DNA of 64,000 bases from an uncultured Bacilli bacterium (GTDB lineage Bacteria; Bacillota_I; Bacilli_A; RF39; UBA660), in NCBI GenBank assembly GCA_944371905.1, contig CALVYA010000001.1, forward strand, positions 5,627 to 69,626. Direction: 5' to 3'. This document shows positions 31,251 through 39,216 of this stretch, one piece after another (within the stretch, counting starts at the first letter, position 1; each line of letters begins with the position of its first letter). The notes beneath the pieces were generated by a model. It was not told the DNA's origin. It saw only the letters and a list, made by a program, of their open reading frames with translations, and made no database searches. A program made the position numbers and the translations under genes.

Positions 31251-32393
31251 AAACTTTTCTAGTTTTAATCGTTTTATTTTTTTAGGATTATTATCTATCA
31301 TAGTAGAATTTAGAGAATATTCATAATTAGTTAATTGTGGGGGTGCAATTCCTTTGGAAGTTTTACGTTTTATTTCAATGATTCCTAGATCTGTTAAAGG
31401 AACCATCATTTCTTCTTCAAATGATTTTGCTTTCTTTTTGGGGTTAAATCTGTTATATAGTGTGACTAAATCAAGTAGAGTATTTCCAGCATTATTGCTT
31501 AAAATGTATTGTAATGTTTGTCTATTAATTGGCGATAATTCTCCATGAATAGAAGAATTAATAGAGTTTATAATATATTCTTTTTCTAATTCTGTTTTAG
31601 TTTGTTCTAACATATATAATAAAAAAGGAGTAAGATCTGTATATTTTTTTACAGTTCTTATTATTTCGTAATATTTTCCTTTTTTTAAATTAATACCTCG
31701 GTTAAAAAGAGTGTAAGGATAAGCTTTGTTATTATTTAAATACCATATTCCTGTAGTTCTTGAGGTTCTACCATTAATATCAAAATAAGGATGGATATAA
31801 ACAAAATAGAAGTGAATGATTTGCGATTTTATAAATTTATCTGTGGTAGATAAATTTTCGTTGTCAGTGTTGATATATTCAAATAACATTTGCATATAAG
31901 TAGGTATTTTTGTGTAATCAGCACCATGATCTGGCTTTACATCTAGATTACTAGAAAAAAAGATAAAAACTTCATCTCTACGATAATGACATCCTTTTTG
32001 TAATCTATCTGTCCCTTCTAATAAATTTTTAGATAAAATACGATAAAGGTTATAAAGATTTTCTTCTGTTAGATTGGGCTTTCTTAAAATATATTGATAT
32101 CCCTTGTATAAATTAGCTATTCTTTGATATTCTGAATTCATATCGTCCTTTTTTAGATTAGGTTCGTCCATAACACTGATGATAGAAGCGATATCTTCAT
32201 GATATCCTTCAATAGCATTGTTACTTTTTACTTCATATGGAAATAATACTTGATTAGTAAAAGCCTCATGATTTACAAAATCAGTATTTTCTACAAAATA
32301 TTCTAATTCTTCCTTAATTGCTTTTAATTTTTCGATTTTATATCTAAAAAATAAATTATTTTCAGATGGTAAAGGAGTATAAATTGTCTTCAT
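31245..32393 (-). CDS. Fic/DOC family protein (probable AMPylase)
   Basis: Fic motif HPYFDINGRTSR (HPFx[DE]GNGR). 382 aa. SD is a G7 tract (AAGGGGGGG) 5 nt upstream of the ATG. Confidence 0.8.
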   Translation of the reverse strand: MKTIYTPLPSENNLFFRYKIEKLKAIKEELEYFVENTDFVNHEAFTNQVLFPYEVKSNNAIEGYHEDIASIISVMDEPNLKKDDMNSEYQRIANLYKGYQYILRKPNLTEENLYNLYRILSKNLLEGTDRLQKGCHYRRDEVFIFFSSNLDVKPDHGADYTKIPTYMQMLFEYINTDNENLSTTDKFIKSQIIHFYFVYIHPYFDINGRTSRTTGIWYLNNNKAYPYTLFNRGINLKKGKYYEIIRTVKKYTDLTPFLLYMLEQTKTELEKEYIINSINSSIHGELSPINRQTLQYILSNNAGNTLLDLVTLYNRFNPKKKAKSFEEEMMVPLTDLGIIEIKRKTSKGIAPPQLTNYEYSLNSTMIDNNPKKIKRLKLEKFI

Positions 32394-32491
32394 ATTTTCC
32401 CCCCCTTAGTAAGGTCTTATTATAACAAAATAGAGTATTTTCGTCAATTTGTATAAAAGATGCCTATTTTTATCAATATAAAATAGGAGGG

Positions 32492-33277
32492 ATGAGAGAA
32501 GTGGCACGTCACAAAGTGGAAATCAGTGGCGTGAATACAGCAAATATCAAAGTATTAACGAGCGAAGAAATGGAAGAACTATTCAAAAAAATGCAAAATG
32601 GTGATCTGGCAGCTCGTGATGAATTAGTTAGCGGTAATTTGAAATTAGTTTTGTCTATATTAAAAAAATTCTCAAGGAAAGATGAAAATATGGATGATTT
32701 ATTTCAAATAGGATGTATTGGGCTTTTAAAGGCAATCGATAATTTTGATTTATCTTATGGTGTAAAATTTTCTACTTATTGTGTTCCTATGATTCAAGGA
32801 GAAGTAAGAAGATATTTAAGAGATAATAATAGTATTAGAGTAAGTAGATCTTTAAAAGATCTAGCTTATAAAGCGATGAAGACAAAAGATGAATGGATCT
32901 TAGAAAAAGGAGTAGAACCGTCGATAGAAGAATTAGCTAAAGTATTAGAAGTATCTACTTTTGATCTTATCAATGCATTGGATTCAATGAGAGATCCGAT
33001 TAGTATATTTGAACCTATTTATTCTGATGGAGGAGATACTATCTACTTATTTGATCAAATAGAAGATAAACATGTAAAAAATGATGATTTAGATATAAAA
33101 TTATCGGTAAATGAAGCTATTGATAATTTAAGTGAACGCGAGAAGTTCATTTTGGATCAACGATTTGTCATTGGAAAAACACAAATGGAAATAGCTAGTG
33201 AATTAGGAATAAGTCAAGCCCAAATATCTAGAATTGAAAAAAATGCTATAGATAATTTGAAATCTACTTTAAAATGA
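32492..33277 (+). CDS. sigG: sporulation sigma factor SigG-like (forespore sigma-70 family)
   Basis: Recalled from memory, near-colinear with B. subtilis SigG (ISGVNTANIKVLTSEEMEELFKKMQNGD, DLFQIGCIGLLKAIDNFDLSYGVKFSTYCVPMIQGEVRRYLRDNNSIRVSRS, SQAQISRIEKNA). 261 aa. Confidence 0.85.
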   Translation: MREVARHKVEISGVNTANIKVLTSEEMEELFKKMQNGDLAARDELVSGNLKLVLSILKKFSRKDENMDDLFQIGCIGLLKAIDNFDLSYGVKFSTYCVPMIQGEVRRYLRDNNSIRVSRSLKDLAYKAMKTKDEWILEKGVEPSIEELAKVLEVSTFDLINALDSMRDPISIFEPIYSDGGDTIYLFDQIEDKHVKNDDLDIKLSVNEAIDNLSEREKFILDQRFVIGKTQMEIASELGISQAQISRIEKNAIDNLKSTLK

Positions 33278-33298
33278 CGCATTGTGCGTTATTTTTTC
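33276..33298 (+). terminator. rho-independent terminator of sigG
   Basis: Hairpin acgcattgtgcgt followed by a T-run. Confidence 0.6.
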
Positions 33299-33392
33299 TT
33301 TGTATGTCTATTACAATAATGTAATATAAATGAATTTTGTGGACTTTTTTGTATCCTGTGTATATAATTAATATATAAATATGAGGTGAATC

Positions 33393-34490
33393 ATGAAAGT
33401 ATTATTATATACAGAAGGAATAGAACAAATAGGGAAAAGTGGATTAGGAAAAGCGATAAAACATCAAATGAAAGCTTTAGATTACGCTAAAGTAGAGTAC
33501 ACTTTAGATGTAGATGATGATTATGATATTGTTCATATTAATACTTATGGACCAAAATCATATGCTTTAGCAAAAACAGCCAAAAAAAATGGTAAAAAAG
33601 TTATTTATCATGCTCATTCCACAGAAGAAGATTTTAGAAATAGTTTTGTTCTATCTAACCAAATAGCACCTATTTTTAAAAAATGGATTGTAACTTGTTA
33701 TAAATTAGGTGATCATATTATTACTCCAACTCCTTACTCTAAAAGATTATTAGAAGGATACCATATGCATCGAGATATTACAGCCATTTCTAATGGAATT
33801 GAAATAGATAAGTTTACCGTATCTAAAAAGTTAGGGGATGAGTTTAGAAAAACTTATGGTTATAGTAAAAAAGATAAAATCGTAATGGGAATCGGTTTAT
33901 ATTTGGAGCGAAAAGGGATTCTTGACTTTGTCGAATTAGCAAAAAGGTTACCAGAATATCAATTTATCTGGTTTGGATATACTCCTTTATATGCAATTCC
34001 TGAAAAAATAAGAAAAGCAGTAAAAACAGAATTACCTAATTTAAAGTTTGCAGGATATGTAGAACCGGAAATGATTATTAGTGCTATGAATGGGGCAGAT
34101 TTATATATTTTCCCAACATTAGAAGAAACAGAAGGGATTCCTATCTTAGAAGCATGTGCATGTAAACAAAAAGCATTAATTAGAGATATACCTGTTTTTG
34201 AAGGATGGCTAGAAGATGGAGTTAATGTTTACAAAGCAAAGGATATTGATGAATTCGAAGAAAAAATAAAATTAATCTTGAATAATAAATTGCCTGATTT
34301 AACTGAAGAAGGATATAAAGTAGCATGTGCTAGAGATTTAAAAGTAATAGGTCAACAATTAAAAGAAGTTTATGAAAAAGTATTAAATAGTCCTTCTATT
34401 GATAAAAAAGAAAGTAGAAAAAGAGATAAAGAATTTAAAAAAAGTGAAAAAGATAGGAAAACACAAGCAAAAGATCGTAGTTTAAAATAA
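33393..34490 (+). CDS. GT4-family glycosyltransferase (glycolipid-synthase-like) with basic C-terminal tail
   Basis: GT-B fold signature EETEGIPILEA (EX7E). 365 aa. Confidence 0.65.
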   Translation: MKVLLYTEGIEQIGKSGLGKAIKHQMKALDYAKVEYTLDVDDDYDIVHINTYGPKSYALAKTAKKNGKKVIYHAHSTEEDFRNSFVLSNQIAPIFKKWIVTCYKLGDHIITPTPYSKRLLEGYHMHRDITAISNGIEIDKFTVSKKLGDEFRKTYGYSKKDKIVMGIGLYLERKGILDFVELAKRLPEYQFIWFGYTPLYAIPEKIRKAVKTELPNLKFAGYVEPEMIISAMNGADLYIFPTLEETEGIPILEACACKQKALIRDIPVFEGWLEDGVNVYKAKDIDEFEEKIKLILNNKLPDLTEEGYKVACARDLKVIGQQLKEVYEKVLNSPSIDKKESRKRDKEFKKSEKDRKTQAKDRSLK

Positions 34491-34522
34491 CTAAGATCTT
34501 TTTTTATTATTCGTAATTTATA

Positions 34523-35650
34523 TTAATATTTTATTCTTTTTTCTTTTGTATTGTTTATATTGAGCACTAAACCAATCAATATCATATAAGATAGAAGACT
34601 ACTACCTCCATAACTAATAAATGGTAAAGTAATTCCTGTAATGGGTAATAATCCAATTGTCATCCCAATATTTTGAACTTGTTGATATAAGAAGATACCA
34701 ATAATACCAGCGATAGTATATTTATCGATCTTGTTAATAGTAGATCTACCTATTTGAATAATGTGTAGATCAAAAAGCAACAAAAATATTACTAAAAAAA
34801 TGGATCCTATTAAACCAAAGTTAGAGGCAAAGACAGAGAAAATAAAATCGGTTCCTGATTCTGGAAAATAAATAGGAGTATTTTTAAACCCATGTCCTAA
34901 GATAAAACTAGAACCAATAGCAGCTAAAGAATTTTCCAGTTGCATCCCACTGCCACTACGCCAATTGATAATTCGATCCATTCGATAGAAAAAACTACTG
35001 CCAAATATTTCAATAAATAAATCTTGTTGTAGAAAATATAAGTATAAAAATCCACTTATTAAACTAATTCCTATGATCCCTAATAATATATACCAAAATG
35101 GTTTGATTCCGCTAATAAAAAGCATAGTAAATGTAATAATCAAATAGATAATAACAGCTCCAGTATCAGGTTCTAAAAAAGTTAATACACTAGGAATTAC
35201 TACTATGATAAATACTTGAACTAAGAGTAAAAATTCATCTTTTAAAGTAGGATTTTTATGTTTTTTATGAAAAGAATCGATACATCTTGCAAGCATTAGA
35301 ATAAGACTTATTTTCATAAATTCACTAGGTTGAATACTACCAATTCCTTTAATAATATACCAACATTTACTACCATTGATATCAGGAGCCAAAAACAATA
35401 ATCCTAAAAGTAATATTACATTAGCTAAATAAATATACCAAGCATATTTATAAAAAAAAGGATTGTCTAGTTTGATAACAAGAAAAATAATAATAAAGCC
35501 GATAGCATACCATAGTGCTTGTTTTAAAGCAAGATTTCCTAAAGTAGGAGATAGATAAGTTAAGGCTGAATAAATAGAAGTAGTACTTATTATAAAAAAT
35601 ATAAATAAAGAAAAAATCATAAATTTGTCAAATTTATATTTTTTAAACAT
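34523..35650 (-). CDS. SEDS-family peptidoglycan polymerase (FtsW/RodA/SpoVE)
   Basis: About 10 TM helices and conserved SEDS segments (SEFMKISLILMLA, PFISYGGSSLL). The ATG at 35650 (MFKKYKF) has SD GGTGA; the track start 35662 is less likely. Confidence 0.8.
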   Translation of the reverse strand: MFKKYKFDKFMIFSLFIFFIISTTSIYSALTYLSPTLGNLALKQALWYAIGFIIIFLVIKLDNPFFYKYAWYIYLANVILLLGLLFLAPDINGSKCWYIIKGIGSIQPSEFMKISLILMLARCIDSFHKKHKNPTLKDEFLLLVQVFIIVVIPSVLTFLEPDTGAVIIYLIITFTMLFISGIKPFWYILLGIIGISLISGFLYLYFLQQDLFIEIFGSSFFYRMDRIINWRSGSGMQLENSLAAIGSSFILGHGFKNTPIYFPESGTDFIFSVFASNFGLIGSIFLVIFLLLFDLHIIQIGRSTINKIDKYTIAGIIGIFLYQQVQNIGMTIGLLPITGITLPFISYGGSSLLSYMILIGLVLNINNTKEKRIKY

Positions 35651-35731
35651 AAATATCACCATTATTATTATGATTTATTTGGTAATTTTTATTTACTAAA
35701 TACATAAAATATTGGTAGGAAGAGTGATATT

Positions 35732-36082
35732 ATGAGTAAACAACTACCATCTATTTTTAAAAATTCATCTGATAAAAGAATTAATAATAATAAGCGTGTT
35801 TTTTATTCCAAATATGAAAGTATAGGAAATGTAGTAGAAAAAAGTGATAATCGTAGCAATAATAATATAAATAACTTGGATTCTCCTAGTAGTTTTACTA
35901 ATTCTATAGATAATTTATTCAAAAGAAAACAATTTATATTTAATGTTCCTGTAGAAATAGTAACGAAGGAGAATACGTTTAATACTAAAATAGTAAGTAA
36001 GGTAGATGATCATATATTAACTAGTAATGGAAAAATAATTCAATTAGAAGATATTTTATCAATAAAAATAAATGGTGAATAA
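35732..36082 (+). CDS. hypothetical protein
   Basis: 116 aa, Asn/Ser-rich N-terminus, small C-terminal beta domain. Confidence 0.4.
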   Translation: MSKQLPSIFKNSSDKRINNNKRVFYSKYESIGNVVEKSDNRSNNNINNLDSPSSFTNSIDNLFKRKQFIFNVPVEIVTKENTFNTKIVSKVDDHILTSNGKIIQLEDILSIKINGE

Positions 36083-36110
36083 TAACAATCTTTGAATTGT
36101 TATTTTTTTT
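36083..36110 (+). terminator. rho-independent terminator
   Basis: Hairpin taacaatctttgaattgtta followed by an 8-T run. Confidence 0.6.
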
Positions 36111-36112
36111 AA

Positions 36113-36140
36113 TAAAAAAACCGTAATGATTACGGTTTTA
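36113..36140 (-). terminator. terminator for the minus-strand cotZ-like operon (bidirectional hairpin)
   Basis: ccgtaat-gat-tacgg stem flanked by an A7 run (T-run on the minus strand). Confidence 0.55.
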
Positions 36141-36143
36141 ATT

Positions 36144-36560
36144 TTATATTCCACTAACGAATGTATCTGTTAAACATCTTAATGCTCCAACACAGTTTAA
36201 GTTAATTGTAAAGAAATCATTGGTTGAAATATATGGAAAACTAGTTGCTTCGTTAGTATCTGGATTAGGTGCTAATACTCTAAATGTTGCACAATTGTCA
36301 TCTAAGTTTTCAATTCTAAATACGGTACTTGTACCAGTAGTTCCATTTAATGTGTATGGTAATGACCAAAGTTCATTATTAGAACAATTATATAGAGTAA
36401 TAGGTCTAGTATTTAGGCATATACCACTTGGAGTAGGCCCTAGAAATGGTTTGGTACATCCTGTTGGACAATCGCAATCTTCTCCTTTTTGTTGTAATGT
36501 CAGAATTAATTCTAAAGTTTTAATAAAAGAACAAGAACATTCATTATTATTTCCACACAT
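36144..36560 (-). CDS. CotZ/CotY/ExsY-family cysteine-rich spore coat / exosporium protein
   Basis: Cys-rich 138 aa. EDCDCPTGC, NTRPIT..Y.C.NN, STVFRIENLDDNCATFRVL and INLNCVGALRCL align with recalled B. subtilis CotZ (EDCPTGC...NTVFFRVERV...C...DCFCAINCL). Confidence 0.7.
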   Translation of the reverse strand: MCGNNNECSCSFIKTLELILTLQQKGEDCDCPTGCTKPFLGPTPSGICLNTRPITLYNCSNNELWSLPYTLNGTTGTSTVFRIENLDDNCATFRVLAPNPDTNEATSFPYISTNDFFTINLNCVGALRCLTDTFVSGI

Positions 36561-36575
36561 AATTATCCCCCTTTC

Positions 36576-36989
36576 TTATAAATCTACAATAGTATCAGCT
36601 AAACATTTTAATACACATACGCACCCTAAATTAATAGTTGCAGTATTTCTTGTTGTAATATATGGTCTTATAGTATCTGTGGTATCAGGATTAGGGATTA
36701 AGATAGATACTACTAAACATCCATCCTCTACACTTTCTACTCTAAAAATACTACTGGTTCCTGTTAATCTTTCTCCATTAATTACTGTATCATAATTAAG
36801 GGAAATTAAGTTATTGTTACATCCATAAAATGTGATGGGTCTTGTATTAAAACAAAGACTAGGCATATCTACACCTAAAAATGGTCTGCTACAAGTATTA
36901 TCAAAACATTCTTCTTTTTCTGAACTATGTTGTAAAATATCAATTACTTTTAAAATTTTAGTAAAGCAACAACAATTACTACTCATCAA
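36576..36989 (-). CDS. CotZ/CotY/ExsY-family cysteine-rich spore coat / exosporium protein, tandem paralogue
   Basis: 137 aa, same motif series (CSRPFLG, NTRPITFYGC, SSIFRVESVEDGC, INLGCVCVLKCL). 15 nt upstream of its paralogue, so an operon. Confidence 0.7.
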   Translation of the reverse strand: MMSSNCCCFTKILKVIDILQHSSEKEECFDNTCSRPFLGVDMPSLCFNTRPITFYGCNNNLISLNYDTVINGERLTGTSSIFRVESVEDGCLVVSILIPNPDTTDTIRPYITTRNTATINLGCVCVLKCLADTIVDL

Positions 36990-37187
36990 ATCAACTCCTT
37001 TTTATGTTTTTCTATTATAGGATATTCTATATATTGTATCTGGTGTCGTATTAACACCTATAATTTATCATATTCTTTTACTTTTCTAATAATGAAATCG
37101 TTTATAAATTTAGTTTAAATAATTTACATTTATCTTATTTTTTGATATTATTTTTATAGAATAGGATAAGAAGGTAAGGAAAGCAGT

Positions 37188-38780
37188 ATGAAAAGATTTT
37201 ATATAAGTTTTTTATTGATGTTTTTACTAGTGATTCCTCTTAATGTAGAGGCAGAGTCAAAATTAACTTTGGAATGCGATAATAATAATGTTGCAGGAGA
37301 GACTTTAAGTTGTATAGTAAAGTCTAGTAGTGATATAGCTTATAATAAATTAGAAAGTAATATAGAATTGCCTAATAGTGCTAGTGTTACATTTAAAGCT
37401 ACTAGTGGTATTACAGGTGCTATTTCTAATAATAAATTAATTGTTACTAGTACTAGTAATATTTCTAATGGTAATTTAGGAACACTTCAAATAAAATTTT
37501 CCAGTGATACGACAGGAAATAATGTAATTAAATTATCTAATATAAAAATTTTTAATAATCAAGAGGAAGTAGATATTACTAGTGATGTAAGTGCTACTGT
37601 CAAAGTAAAATCTACGGTGAATACTTTATCTTCTCTTACATTAGAAGATTGTGGATCTTGTAGTTTAAGTCCAGCTTTTAAAGAAAATTTAACAATTTAT
37701 ATTGTTAATACAGAATCTAATAAAATTACTTTTAATGCTAAAGCAAATGGAAATGCCAAAATAGTTGGAGCGGGTACTAAAACTTTAACTAAAGATAGTG
37801 AAACGTTTAGAATTATTGTTACGTCTGAAGTAGGAGAGTCTAGAGAATATAGTATTACAGTGAAAAGAAATATAAAAAAATCTAATGATAATGCTTTAAA
37901 AGAATTATCTATTGATAAGGGAGAATTAAAATTAAAAGAGTCGAATGGTATTAGTAGTTATAATGCTGTTGTAGATAGCGATGAAGTAACTATTATAGCT
38001 GTTGCTAATGATAGTAAAGCAACAATTACAGGAGTTGGTAAGAAAACTCTTGATTATGGAAAGAATGAATTTACTATTATTGTTACTGCAGAAGATGGAA
38101 CTTCCAGAAGCTATTTGATTGTGATTAATCGTACGGATACTAGGAATGCAAATGCATATCTTAAAGATTTAACTATTGATGGTGAAGATATTGATTTTGA
38201 AAAAGATATTATTGAATATGAGTATTATGTTAGTGATGATATTACTGAAATAGAGATCGATGCTATTCCAGAGTTAGAAAGTTCTACTGTTGAAATAGAA
38301 GGAAATAAAGATTTCAAAGAAGGAGAGAATATTGTTACTATTACTGTGAAAGCAGAAGATGGTAGTGAAAAAATTTATACCATTGTAGTTATTAAAGGTA
38401 AAATTATTAATGATGATATTTATTTAGATGATTTAACAATTCATGGATATGATATTGACTTTAAACAAGATAAATTTGGTTATACTCTTACGATCGGAAA
38501 AGAAGATCATCTAGATATTAATACTATATTTGATACGGATAAATATACAGTTGAAATCGTAGGAAATGAAGAATTGCAGGATGGTAGTATTATAAAAATA
38601 ATAATTACGGACGAAGATGGTAATAGTAATATTTATAAAATAAAGATTGAAAAAAGCCAAGAAAAAGAAGGTATAAAAAAAGAAGATATCAATTATATTC
38701 CTATCATTATGAGTGGTATATTGGGATTATTAGTAATTTTAAATATTATGCAAATTGTAAAAAAAGTTCGTAATAAATAA
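37188..38780 (+). CDS. C-tail-anchored surface protein: N-terminal cohesin-like domain plus about 4 cadherin-like beta-sandwich repeats
   Basis: Signal peptide. About 80-aa repeats ending ...TxxxxTGxGxKTL..G.N.FTIxVTAEDGxSxxYxIxI. C-terminal TM helix followed by KKVRNK. Divergent from the cotZ-like operon. Confidence 0.6.
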   Translation: MKRFYISFLLMFLLVIPLNVEAESKLTLECDNNNVAGETLSCIVKSSSDIAYNKLESNIELPNSASVTFKATSGITGAISNNKLIVTSTSNISNGNLGTLQIKFSSDTTGNNVIKLSNIKIFNNQEEVDITSDVSATVKVKSTVNTLSSLTLEDCGSCSLSPAFKENLTIYIVNTESNKITFNAKANGNAKIVGAGTKTLTKDSETFRIIVTSEVGESREYSITVKRNIKKSNDNALKELSIDKGELKLKESNGISSYNAVVDSDEVTIIAVANDSKATITGVGKKTLDYGKNEFTIIVTAEDGTSRSYLIVINRTDTRNANAYLKDLTIDGEDIDFEKDIIEYEYYVSDDITEIEIDAIPELESSTVEIEGNKDFKEGENIVTITVKAEDGSEKIYTIVVIKGKIINDDIYLDDLTIHGYDIDFKQDKFGYTLTIGKEDHLDINTIFDTDKYTVEIVGNEELQDGSIIKIIITDEDGNSNIYKIKIEKSQEKEGIKKEDINYIPIIMSGILGLLVILNIMQIVKKVRNK

Positions 38781-38826
38781 TTTGGTATTTTTAATATATT
38801 ATAGTATAATGTTAGTGGTGAATGAA

Positions 38827-39138
38827 ATGAAATTAGAATACATAATTATTTTAGTTATAATTTTTATTATACTGTTAGCTATTTTAAAAGCAGGGAGAAA
38901 GGATGCACATCTACAATTAAATAAATTGGTAGACTATCTAGGTGGTAAAGATAATATTATCTCTACAGAAACCAATTTATCTCGTTTTAAAGTAACATTA
39001 AAGGATGTCTCTTTGGTTGATAAAGAAGCAATTCAAAAATTAGGAGCTAAAGGTATTGTAGAAATTGATAATCAATTAAAAATAATTTTAGGTGCTAATT
39101 CTAAGCAGTTGAAAAAATATATTGATGATCTAAAATAA
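38827..39138 (+). CDS. membrane-anchored PTS EIIB(Glc)-like domain protein lacking the phospho-Cys
   Basis: One TM helix, then LVDYLGGKDNIISTETNLSRFKVTLKD...GIVEIDNQLKIILG, which follows the glucose-family EIIB fold (LGGKENI..CITRLR) with Cys replaced by Asn. The track start 38782 overlaps the upstream gene; ATG 38827 has SD GTGGTGA. Confidence 0.45.
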   Translation: MKLEYIIILVIIFIILLAILKAGRKDAHLQLNKLVDYLGGKDNIISTETNLSRFKVTLKDVSLVDKEAIQKLGAKGIVEIDNQLKIILGANSKQLKKYIDDLK

Positions 39139-39160
39139 AAATCGAGATATTTAGACATAA

Positions 39161-39177
39161 TTCGACAAAATTCGACA
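39161..39177 (+). promoter_or_regulatory. tandem Spo0A-box-like repeats (TTCGACAAAA x2, reverse complement of the 0A box TGTCGAA)
   Basis: Perfect 10-bp direct repeat aattcgacaa/aattcgacaa centred about 45-55 nt upstream of the kinase start, overlapping the -35 region. -10 TATAAT at 39189..39194. Confidence 0.45.
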
Positions 39178-39216
39178 AATTAATCTCATATAATGTTAAT
39201 AGAAAGAAGGCATTAT

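Noticed and set aside
31354-31548. Plus-strand 64-aa ORF opposite the Fic gene
   Set aside because: Embedded antisense ORF with no SD.
32394-32491. Possible forespore-type (sigma-F/G) promoter GTATA-N18-CAATATA upstream of sigG
   Set aside because: The -10 deviates from CATnnTA at the third position and the assignment depends on spacing choices. Too weak to call as a feature without transcription-start data.
36220-37020. Plus-strand ORFs (191 and 62 aa) overlapping the two cotZ-like genes
   Set aside because: The minus-strand frames carry the conserved Cys-rich CotZ/ExsY motifs, so the + ORFs are antisense artefacts.
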